Shown: piece after piece, positions 24,571 through 35,830 of the stretch
Position numbering within the stretch: the first letter of the stretch is position 1
Layout of the letters: every line of letters starts with the position of its first letter
Origin: Squalus acanthias
Taxonomy: Eukaryota
Reading direction: 5' to 3'
DNA length: 64,000 nucleotides
Assembly (NCBI GenBank): GCA_030390025.1
Contig: JASTWF010000358.1
Coordinates: forward strand, 62,001 to 126,000
Notes under the pieces: generated by a model
Database searches by the model: none
What the model was told of the DNA's origin: nothing
The model's input: the letters and a program-made list of their open reading frames with translations, nothing else
Position numbers and translations under genes: made by a program

Positions 24571-27498
24571 CCAACGATATAGGTAAAAAGCGGGAAGAGG
24601 TCCTACAAGCAGAATTTAGGGAGCTAGGAGCTAAATTGAAAAGTAGGACCTCAAACGTAGTAATTTCTTGGTTGCTACCAGTGCCACGTGCTAATCAGAG
24701 TAGCATGAACAGGATAGCGAGATTAAATACGTGGCTTGAGCAGTGGTGCAGGAGAGAGGGACTCAAATACCTGAGGCATTGGAACCAGTTCTGGGGGAAG
24801 TGGGACCTGTACAAAAGGGACGGTCTGTACTTGGGCAGGACTGGACCGATGTCCTCGGGGTAATATTTGCTAGGCAGTTCGGGAGGATTTAAACTAATAT
24901 GGCAGGGGAATGAGAACCTACGTAGCGAAACAGGGGGAAGTAATATGCAGTCAGAAACAAATGTTAGAAGGGTGAGAAACAATAAGGGAAATCCGAGTAA
25001 ACAAAGGCAGAAACACAAAGGGCCATACTAAATCATAAGTCTCAAAGGACAAAGGTGTTAATAAAACAAGCCTAAAGGCTCTGTGTCTTAATGCAAGGAG
25101 TATCCGTAATAAGGTGGATGAATTGACTGTGCAAATTGATGTTAACGGATATGATGTGATTGGGATTACAGAGACGTGGCTCCAGAATAATTAAGGCTGT
25201 GAACTGAATATCCAGGGGTATTCAACATTCAGGAAGGATAGAATAAAAGAAAAGGGGGTTGGGTAGCATTGCTGGTTAAAAAGGAGATTAATGCAATAGC
25301 TAGGAAGGACATTAGCTTGGAGGAATTGGAATCAATATGGGTTGAGCTGCAGAACACCAAAGGGAGAAAACGTTAGTAGGGTTTGTGTACAGACCTCCAA
25401 ACAGTAGTAGTGAGGTGGGGGAGGGTATGAAACAGGAAATCTCTCCTCAGGTTTGTTGCTTTTTCTGGCCTATTTATATGGCTTCTCCTTGGATCTTATG
25501 CTATCCCTAATTTCCCTTGTTAGCCACGGTTGAGTCACAGTTTGCTTTATTTTTATGCCAAACAGGAATTAACAAATTCTGCAGTTCATCCATGCAATCT
25601 TTAAATGTTTGCCATTGCCTATCCACCGTCCAGAACTTAAATAAGGGCAACTTTGAGGGTATGAGGCGTGAATTGGCGAGGTTAGATTGGCAAGCGATAT
25701 TTAAGGGTTTATCAGTGGAAGGGCAATGGCAGACATTTAGAGATCGCATGGATGAACTACAGCAATTGTACATCCCTGTCTGGCGTAAAAATAAAAAAGG
25801 GAAGGTGGCTCAACCATGGCTAACAAGGGAAATCAGGGATAGTATTAAAAGCAAGGAAGTGGCATACAAATAGGCCAGAAGTAGCAGCAAACCCGGGGAC
25901 TGGGAGAACTATAAAACTCAGCAGAGGAGGACGAAGGGTTTGATTAGGGCAGGGAAAATAAAATATGAAAGGAAGCTTGCGGAGAACTATAAAACGGACT
26001 GCAAAAGCTTCTTTAAATATGTAAAAAGAAAGAGGTTAGTAAAAACAAACGTAGGTCCCCTGCAGTTAGAAACAGGGGAAGTCATAATGGGGAACAAGAA
26101 ATGGCAGATCAATTGAACAAGTGCTTTGGTTAGGTGTTTACTGTGGAGGACACAAACAACCTTCCGGAAATAAAACAGATCAAAGGATCTGTTAAGAGGG
26201 AGGAGCTGAGGGAAATCCTTATCAGTCGGGAAAAGGTGTTGGGGAAATTGATGGGACTGAAGGCTGATAAATCCCCAGGGCCTGATGGTCTGCATCCCAG
26301 AGTACTTAAGGAGGTGGACTTGGAAATAGTGGATGCATTGACGATAATTTTCCAACATTCCTTAGACTCTGGATCAGTTCCGAAGTAGTGGAGGGTGGCT
26401 AATGTAACCCCTCTTTTTAAAAAAGGAGTTAGGGAGAAAGCAGGGAATTATAGATCGGTCAGCCTGACATCGGTGGTGGGTAAAATGATGGAATCAATTA
26501 TTAAAGATGTCATAACAGACCATTTGGAAACTGGCGACATGATAGGTCCAAGTCAGCATGGATTTGTGAAAGGGAAATCATGCTTGACAAATCTTCTGGA
26601 ATTTTTTGAGGATGTTTCCAATAGGGTGGACGGGGGTGAACCAGTAGATGTGGTGTATTTGGACTTTCAGAAGGCCTTCGACAAGGTCCCACACAAGAGA
26701 TTGGTGTGCAAAGTTAAAGCACATGGGATTGGGGGTAATGTGTTGACGTGGATTGAGAACTGATTGTCACACAGGAAACAAAGAGTAGGAGTAAATGGGT
26801 ACTTTTCAGAATGGCAGGCAGTGACCAGCGGGGTACCGCAGGGTTCGGTGCTGGGGCCCCAGCTGTTTACATTATATATTAATGATTTGGACGAAGGGAT
26901 TAATTGTAATATCTCCAAATTTGCGGATGACACTAAATTGGGAGGCAGTGTGAACAATGAGGAGGAAGCTAGGAGGCTACAGAGTGACTTGGACAGGTTG
27001 GATGAATGGGCAAATGTATGGCAGATGAAGTACAATGTGGATAAATGTGAGGTTATCCACTTTGGTGGTAAAAATAGGGAGGCAGACTATTACCTGAATG
27101 GTGGCAGATTAGGGAAAGGGGAGGTGCAACGAGACCTGGGCGTCATGGTACATCAGTCACTGAAGGTGGGAAGGCAAGTGCAGCAGGCAGTCAGGAAAGC
27201 AAATGGCATGATGACCTTCATAGCAAGGGGATTTGAGTAAAGGAGTAGGGAGGTGATCCTACAGTTGTACAGGGCCTTGGTGAGGCCACACCTGGAGTAT
27301 TGTGTGCAGTTTTGGTCTCCTAACTTGAGGAAGGACATTCTTGCTATTGAGGGAGTGCAACGAAGGTTCACTAGATTGATTCCTGGGATGGCCAGACTGA
27401 CATATCAAGAAAGACTGGATCAACTGAACTTGTATCCTCTGGAGTTCAGAAGAATGAGGGGGGATCTTATAGAGACGTTTAAAATCCTGACTGGTTTA
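24571..27498 (+). mobile_element. CR1 LINE copy 2, decayed, internally rearranged, 3'-truncated
   Basis: ORF1 esterase end (RDGLYL), endonuclease start (LNARS, ITETW) and RT motifs, with stops. Inverted fragment at 25441-25630. Confidence 0.93.
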
Positions 27499-27782
27499 TC
27501 GCGTTCAAAGCGTCCCTGATGCAGAAATTCCCTCTTTAAAAAGTGTCCCTGAATTTGAGACTCCCTCTTTAAAAGGTGTCCCAGATGGAGAAATCCTCTC
27601 ATTAAAAGGGGTCCCTGACCGTGATACTCCCTCTTTAAAAGGGCCCCTGATGTTGATATTTTCCCTCTGAAATGGGTCCCTGATGCTGAAACACCCTCTT
27701 TAAAACGGGTCCATGATGGTGAGACTCCCTCTTTAATAGGTGTCCCTAATAGGAAGATTTACTTTAACAGTGGTCCTCATAG
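27499..27782 (+). repeat. 33-bp satellite
   Basis: Paralog of ~30435-30738. Confidence 0.9.
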
Positions 27783-29047
27783 TGTGAAGGAATACGCCAT
27801 GTTCAGAAAAATACACCATACTGTGAAATATTCTGCCCTTTGCAACATGTCAAAGTGAGCCTGAAAATCTAAAAGCCTCCACAATTGAAAAGCTGTGAAC
27901 AGCATACAGGATATTGAGCTAAGATAAGTTGTTGACACTGAAATAATAGCCTTGTTGAAATAGAAGTTTGGAGATTCCTGAAAGTCTGCAGCCCTGGAAA
28001 GAGCACATTGGTATATCCTGTTAAGGTGTCTTAGACCAACACTTTCAAATGAATTGCAGAAAATTAACGAAACATATGCCTTCGTAAAAATGGCATCAAA
28101 TGAAAGAAGGGAGACATAATTCTTAATGCAACCAACTCAGGTAGCTAAGAAGTCAATGGCGCACCCGTTTGAGGTGTTTTTAATTTACACATCGTAAAAA
28201 GACACAAACAGAAGATCATTACAAAATTGACATCAAATAGATGCAAAAGCCATCACATTGTTTTTGTGTTAAACATGGAACAACTAGGAGACACAAGTCT
28301 GCTTGCTACCAGCTGAACTGACTGTAAGAATAGCAGGGGTCAACAGAAAAATGACAAGAGATAATTAGCTTACATCAGCAGAAAACTTAAAAGAAATACC
28401 ACTGAGAATGTGTAAAAAATTGAACTTTCAAATGAGATGATAGATTCGCTGAAAGGGGCAAAGCAATTCTCCTATTCAGAGGCATTCTCTGTAAGTCTAC
28501 AACTCTTTTAGTCTCGGGTATCAAAGGTATTTGGTTTTGGTGGATATCCCGGAAAAAGACTACGAAATGTAAAAATGTAACGCAGTTAAGATTTGAGAAT
28601 AAGGATCTCTGATAATAAGATTGTAAAAGCTAACACATTTTGGAAGTGTAAATATTGCGATTGAAACACCAACTGTAATTTCATGTCGGTTCTTTAATAA
28701 ATCTATATATTTTTAGAATTATCTCACATAGTACTTCTGTATCAAACTCGCGAACTGAATCTCTGTACTCTCATTGGTGAGGAGTTGCAGAATTCTGGGG
28801 GAGTTTTACGGACCCTCATCATATCCGGAAGGTTACAGTCTAGCTAAACTTATTAAAAGTGCTATCTGGAGGACGGTAACATCTTCAGGCTGTTCCTTTC
28901 CTTTAGGGAGAGATAGTCTGGACCTTCAGACCCAATTAAGCGTCTTTAGGATTCGGCTACCTCTAACTTTAGTTGAAAGTGAACGTATGGGGAACACGCA
29001 TGTTCCGTGGCAGCCCAAAGTGGCTAGGACTAGTAATTATCCCTTCA
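27783..29047 (+). mobile_element. Foamy-like solo LTR (LTR5), TSD ATAG
   Basis: cctc ATAG|TGTGAAGG...CCCTTCA|ATAG aaag. Confidence 0.92.
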
Positions 29048-30738
29048 ATAGAAAGTCCCCCTCTTTAAAAGGGGTCCTTGATAGAAAGGCTTTCACTTTA
29101 AAGGGGTCCCTGATAGAAAGACTGTCATTTAAAATGGGGCCCCGACGGGTGAGACTCCCTCTTTAAAAGGGCTGCCTGATAGAAAGACTCCCACTTTAAA
29201 AGGACTCCCTAATGTGGAGAGTCTCTCTTTAAAAGGGGTTCCTGATAAAAAGACGCCCTCTTTAAATGGGGTCACTGATGGTGAGTTTCTCTCTTTATAA
29301 GTTGTCCCTGATGACGAAACACCCTCTTTAAAATGTTTCCCTGATGGTGAGACTCCCTCTTTAAAATGTGTCCCTGATGGAGACACTTCCTCTTTAAAAT
29401 TAGTCCCTGATGGAGATACACCCTCTTTAAAAGGTGTCCCTGATGGTGAGACTCTCTCTCAAACAGGTATCTCTAATAGGAAGATTATCTTTAAAAGTGA
29501 TTCTTTATTGAAAGACTCCCTCTTTAAAAGCGGTCCCTGATTGTGAGACTCTCTGTTTAAAAGGGGTCCCTGATGGTGAGACTGATTCTTTAAAAGGGGC
29601 CCTTGATGGAGAGCCTCTCTACTTAAAAGGGGTCCCTGATAGAAAGATGCCCTCTTTAAAAGGGGTTCCTGATAGAAAAAAACGTTCTTTAAAATGTGTC
29701 CCCGAGGGTTAGACTCCCTCTTGAAAAGTCGTCGCTGATAGAAAGACTCCCTCTTTAAAAGGGGTTGCTGACGGTGATACTCTCCCTTTATATGGGGTCC
29801 CTGATGATTAGACTCTCTCATCAAAAGGGGTCCCTTATGGAGGGACTCCATCTTTAAAATGGTTCCCTGATGCTGAGAATCCCTCTTTAAAAGGTGTCCC
29901 TAATGGGTAGAATCTCTCCTTAAAAGGGGTTCCTGATAGAAAGACACCCTCTTTAAAATGGTTCCCTGAAAGTGAGACTCCCTCTTTAAGACCGACCCCA
30001 GATGGGGAGACTCCATCATTAAATGGTGTCCTTGATGGAGACACTCTCTCTTTAAAAGGGGTCCCTGATAGAAAGACTCTTTCTTTAAAAAGTGTCCCCG
30101 AGTGTTGGACTCCCTCTTTATTAGGGATCGCTGATAGAAAGACTATCTCTTTAAAAGGGGTTGCTGATGGTGAAACTCTCTCTTATATGGGGTCCCTGAT
30201 GATGAGACTCTCTCTTTAAAAGTGGTCCCTGATGCTGAGAATCCCGGTTTAAAAGGAATCCCTGATGGTGAGACTCTCTTTAAAAGGGGTCCCTGATGGT
30301 GAGACACCCTCTTTAAAAGGTGTCCCTGATGGTTAGACACGCTCTTTTAAAGGTGTCCCTAATGGCGATAATCCCTCTTTTAAAGGTTCCCTGATGGTGA
30401 GACTCTCATTAAATGTGGTCCCTGATGGAGAGATTATCGCGTTCAAAGCGGTCCCTGATGCTCAAACTCCCTCTTTAAAAAGTGTCCCTGATGTTGAGAC
30501 TCCCTCCTTAAAAGGGGTCCCTGATGGAGAGACCCTCTCATCAAAAGGGGCCCTCTTTAAAAGCTCCCCTGATGTTGAGATTTTCTCTTTGAAAGGAGTC
30601 CCTGATGCTGAAAAACCCTCTTTAAAACGGGTCCCTGAGGGTGAAGCTCCCTTTTTAAATGGGGTCCATGATGGCGAGACTTCCTCTTTAATAGGTGTCC
30701 CTAACAGGAAGATTCTCTTTAACAGGGGTTCCTGATAG
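29048..30738 (+). repeat. 33-bp satellite
   Basis: Tandem units. Confidence 0.95.
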
Positions 30739-31724
30739 TGTGAAGGAATACGCCATGTTCAGAAAAATAAACCGTACTATGAATTATTCTGGCGTTTGTA
30801 AAATATCAAAGTGAGCTTGAAAATCTTATAGCCTCAACAATTGAAAAGCTGTGAACAGCATACTGGATATTGAGATAAGATAAGTTGTTGACACTGAAAC
30901 AATAGCTTTGTTGAAACAGTAGTTTGGAGTTTCCTGAAAGTCTGCAGCCTTAGAAAGAACACATTGGTATACCCTCTTAAGGTGTCTTAGACCAACACTT
31001 TCAAATGAAATGCAGAAAACTAAAGAAAGATATGCCTTCGTAGAAATGGCATCAAATGAAAGAAAGGAAACATAATTCTTAATGCAACCAGTTGAGGTAG
31101 CTAAGAAGTCAATGGTGAACCCGGTTGAGGTGCTTTTAATTTACACGTCGTAAAAAGATACAAACAGAAGTCCTTCGTAAGACTGACATCAAATAGATTC
31201 ACCAGCCATCACATTGTTTATCTGTTAAACTTGGAACAGCTAGGAGACACAAGTCTGCTTGCTACCAGCTGAACTGACTGTAAGAATAGCAGTGGTCAAC
31301 AGCAAAATGACTAGAAATAATTAGCTTACATCAGCAGAAAACTTCAAAGGAAATACCACTGAGAAAGAGTATAAAAATTGAACTTTCAAATGAGATGATA
31401 GATTCGCTGAAAGTGGCAAAGCAATTGTCGGATTCAGAGGCAGGCTCTGTAAGTCTACAACTCTTTGAATCTAAGGTATAACAGGTATATGATTTTGGTG
31501 AATATCCAGGAATAAGACTAAGAAATGTTAAAATGTAACGAAGTTAAAATTTGAGAATAAGGATCTCTGATAATAAGATTGTAAAAGCTTACTCTTTTTG
31601 GAATTGTGAAGGTTGCAATTGAAACACCAACTGTAATTGCATGTCGGTTCTTTAATAAATCTATATATTTTTGGAATTGTCTCACATAGTACTTCTGTAT
31701 CAAACTCGGGAACTCAATCTCTGT
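30739..31724 (+). mobile_element. Foamy-like LTR6, truncated by CR1
   Basis: cctgATAG|TGTGAAGG start, with the same flank as LTR5. TATAAAAA at 31370, GTAAGT at 31449, AATAAA at 31654. Confidence 0.9.
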
Positions 31725-33215
31725 GGAAGGGAGGTGGAGGGATAAATAGTCAGTCAAATTAGGGAACTTAGTAAAATAAACATAGAATAATAATCTTGGT
31801 GGAATTCAATTCCCCCGATATTAATTGGAGAGAAGAGTTAGGTACGGGAATAAGGGAGTGCTGATACTACAATCTGTACAGGACTCCTTTCTAGTTCAGT
31901 TATTTAAATGCCCAACAAGGGAGGATTAGATATTGGATCTAGTAATGAGGAATGAACCAGAGCAGATAAGAGAAGTAAAAGTATAGGAACATATAGGCAA
32001 TAGTGACCATAACATGAGACGGTTTAAGATGATAATTGAGAAGAAAATAAGTATGACGAAAATCAAGTTAATAGATTGGAGAAAAGTTGATTTTGCGGGG
32101 CTGAGAATAGAACTTGTCAAAAAAATGAGCATTAATATTGGCAAACAACAATGTAGAACACCAATGGGAAACATTTAAAACAGTGTTCAACAGAATGCAG
32201 GAAAAATATATTTCGCGAAAAGGAAAATAACAAACTAAACGATAATGAGATTCCATGGATGAATAAAGCCATAATGAACGATTGAGGGTAAGGAAATAGG
32301 TATATATAAAGTACATAGACAGCAGGGGAGTGCATGATATGGGAGAATACGAAACGATTAGGAGAGAAGTCAAAAAAACAATTCGAGGGACAAAGAGGAA
32401 ATATGAAATTAAATTATCAAGGAACACAAAACAAAATAGTAAAATAATTTATAGGCACATCCATAGAAGAGGACGGCTCGGATGAAATTAGTGCCATGAA
32501 GGGATAGACAGGATAATACCACAGGTATAGAGAGGTGGCAGAAATATTAAATCATTATTTGGCTTCAGGATTTACCAGGGAGATAGAACAGGTGGACATG
32601 ACATTGGATAAAGAGATTGGTAATGAGATAAGTGGAATTAAAATAAAAAGGGGATTTATTAAATAAACTAATCAAACTCAAAGAGAATAAAAACCAGGTT
32701 CCGGAAGGATCGCCTCCATACATTAAAAACAATATCTCAGAAACAAATAACAGATGCATTACTACGCATATTCAATAATTCGTTAGAAACTGGTGTGTTG
32801 CCAGAGGACTGGCGGATAGCTAACGTCATACCGATATTTAAGAAGAGGGACAGAACATGTCCAGGGAATTATAGACCAGTCAGCTTATCCTCAGTGGTAG
32901 GTAAAATAATGGAATCCCTACTAAAGGAGATAACAGAAGTATCTAGAAACCAAAACTATAAAAATGAATTGTCAGCATGGATTTCAAAAGGGAAAGTCTT
33001 ACTACACCAATCTTACTGAATTTTTTGAAGAGGTAACAGAGAGAGTATATAGTAGTAATGCAGTCGATGTAATTTAAATGGATTTTCAAAAGGCCTTCGA
33101 TAAGTTACCCCATAACAGACTTTGTAACTGGCTTCAGGGCAGAAAGCAGAGAGTAGGAGTAAAGGGTAGTTATTTATCGGGGCAGAAGGTGGGTATTGGT
33201 GTTCCACAGGGATCA
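31725..33215 (+). mobile_element. Old CR1-clade LINE copy 3, 5' part
   Basis: Degenerate endonuclease and RT motifs (SDHN, DWRIANVIPIFKK, NYRPVSL, DFQKAFDK, GVPQGS). Confidence 0.85.
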
Positions 33216-33556
33216 TAAGACCAGTTCAATATAAGAAATAGGCCATTCGGCCATTCCAGCCTGATCCGCCATTCAATGAGATCATGGTTGATACTCTGCC
33301 TCAACTCCATTCACCGGCCCTATCGCCATATCCCTTGATGCCCTTAATAGTCAGAGATCTATCGACTTCTGTTTTGAATATACATAATGACTGAGCCTGC
33401 ACAGCCCGCTGGGGTAGAGAATTCCAAAGATTTACCACCCTCTGTCTGAAGAAATTTCTCTCATCTCAGTCCTGAATGGCCTACCCTTTCTCCTGAGGCT
33501 GTGGACCCTGATTCTAGACTCACAAGCCAAGGGAAACATTCTCCCAGCATCCATCC
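33216..33556 (-). mobile_element. CR1 copy 4, 3' end
   Basis: Homologous to 20420-20770; continues at 39249. Confidence 0.88.
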
Positions 33557-34027
33557 TGTAGGAGTAAAAATTTATTATAATGTTTTAAACAGAAATGTAA
33601 AATTAAAGAATGTGCCATAAGAGTTAAATTCGTAAATAGAGAATGCTTTCGCTGACAGTGCGATGAGTAATGTCTGTGGTCAACATTGAGGCCCACCAAG
33701 GAGGCCACCAAGACAATAATAGTACAACGATTACACAATCACCGCATGACCGGCTAGTCCGAATGGACAGATGTGAGGCAAACCGCTATGCTTGTAGTTT
33801 CGGTAGGGAAGTAACATTTGAACCTAACGTAAATATTATAATTAGAAATCTGTTGCTTAGGCTATGTGATTGGATGAATAATGTATAAAAGGAATCTCAT
33901 ACAACTGTAATTTCGAGAAGAAGCAAGTCACTAGATGGCTCATCTCCAAGAGATCTCTGAATATTAATAAACTGTTTGCTTGTACCTATCAACACAGACT
34001 GGAGTGAATTAATTTCTCCACAACAAA

Positions 34028-34044
34028 TGGCGTAGTCGGCAGGA
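34028..34044 (+). promoter_or_regulatory. Primer binding site, tRNA-Ser
   Basis: TGGCGTAGTCGGCAGGA is complementary to the vertebrate tRNA-Ser 3' end (..TCCTGCCGACTACG-CCA) and lies 2 nt after the LTR. Confidence 0.9.
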
Positions 34045-35319
34045 CACGTCGGAGCTGAAAGACCGCCTGTACCAGTGAACAGGGCGAGTATTCAAATCTT
34101 TGACCACCCAGAAATTGGGTCACTCGGCAGGGCGTTGTGAAGTCGACGCAGAATCCAACAAATCTGGTGTCTGTGACAGGTAGGAAACATGTTTTAAAAC
34201 CTGGGGAGCGCATAAGGTTTTTGCAATATTGAAATATTAAGGTTAACCAAACGTATTAATAGTAGTTAAGATATTTGAAGCCTGATGTGTTATTTTGGAC
34301 TGTAAATGTCTCGAGGACCCATGCGGAGCCGAAATTAAGAGGGTGATTGGGCCCCACGTGACGGCCAGAGTTCATTGGGAATCCGTTGCAGACAAAGAAT
34401 CTGTAAGACCTCTCTGATGTGTTGCGTTGCGGGATCTGTTGGATTGTATGACGTGTTGTGATAATGTATTAATGGCTGCATGTGAAACGGGCCTAGTGGC
34501 TGCCCAAAACTCACCTCTGTGAGCAATATTGTTCCAAGTCGGGGCCGCCACCATGCTTATGGTGGACGATAGGCAGACTTCTGAAAACGAGTTACTAGGG
34601 TGGGCCGGAAAGCGGTAAGCTAGTAACGATATTAATACATTATGGAGAAAGGCGAGGAACCCGATTGGAGCCCGCCAGGATCCATGAGTCGGCTCTGCGC
34701 CGAGGGCCAAAAGGTTTTGATTGATAAAATGAGGAAAGATGGGTGGGATCCATTAGGACTGGAATTTCAGTTCGTGAGAAAGTGAATGTTAAAGTGAAAG
34801 TTGTCCTGACTGTGAATGTTTAAGGAGTTGCGCTATTTCTTTTGTCTGAAAGACTGTCTTTAAAAAGGTGTCTGTCATTTTTGTTTTATCTCCACCCACT
34901 CTTTTGTACAGAGAGCTAAAAGCTGTTTAAACCTTTGAAGACTTGTTTTGATTGATGGACAAGCGTGTGTTGTTTTAAGTTTGTTGATTATTTTACAAAA
35001 GATAAGCTTCAGCCTTGAAGTCACAGTTGCCAATGTGCCTGGAATAAAATAAATTTGAATGTTTACAAGGCATGGGTAATTGTTTCTTTGTTAATGTGGC
35101 TATGGTTTCTTTCTTTTCCAAGTGATACTGGTTAGTTTAAAAGAAAAATTTGATCGAAATTGAATTGGAGTTATTGAGGTTAATTAACCTATTAAAACCA
35201 GACTTTTATTGTGCACGGTGAAATTCTGGTTGGTGTAAATTTGTGTAGACCACATTGAATAAGATATTGAATGGTCTGAAACCAGACTTTAAAATATTTA
35301 CATTCTTGGATACAGAACG

Positions 35320-35830
35320 GGTTCTGATCCATACCATTGGCAGATGAATCACCAGAGAAATTCGCCTTTACTGTCAGGGATAGACAGTATACATGAACCA
35401 GGGTCCCGCAGGGGTTCCACAATAATCCAAATATATTCCGCCATGTACTGAGTCAAGCCTTATACGAGTTAGACCTAACAAAGTATCAGAGTGCCCTACT
35501 TCAATATGTCGATGACATAATGATTGCATCAGAGGATGTCAAAGGACATATGGGAGCATTACTAGCCACCCTGCAGACACTTAAGAAAGCTGGCTTTAAA
35601 TTGAACCGAAAAAGGCACAGGTTGGACACGAAAGTATCCAGGACACAAAATTAACCAGAGGTATAAGGCACTCCTTCAGAAACAAAAGGCAGCCATAAAA
35701 GACATGCCAAGGCCAGAGACCGTCAGGGGAGTGAGGAAAATGATGGGACTATTGAACTGCTGCAGGAATTTTATATCAGACTTTGCAGGGAAAGCAGAGC
35801 CGATTCAACGATTAGTTAAAGAGGGATCCA
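35320..35830 (+). pseudogene. pol: Retroviral RT fragment
   Basis: KFAFT..RVPQGFHNNP..LLQYVDDIMIAS..GFKLN. Confidence 0.88.

Noticed and set aside
2231..30735. SLKGVPDGETP-repeat ORFs
   Set aside because: These are translations of the 33-bp unit; frequent indels and stops show no frame preservation.
2145..30738. CRISPR-like look of a palindromic ~33-bp repeat
   Set aside because: Units are head-to-tail without unique spacers, there are no cas genes, and the context is vertebrate.
33216..33556. Possible SINE
   Set aside because: It is the 3' end of CR1 copy 4, separated from its body by the ERV.
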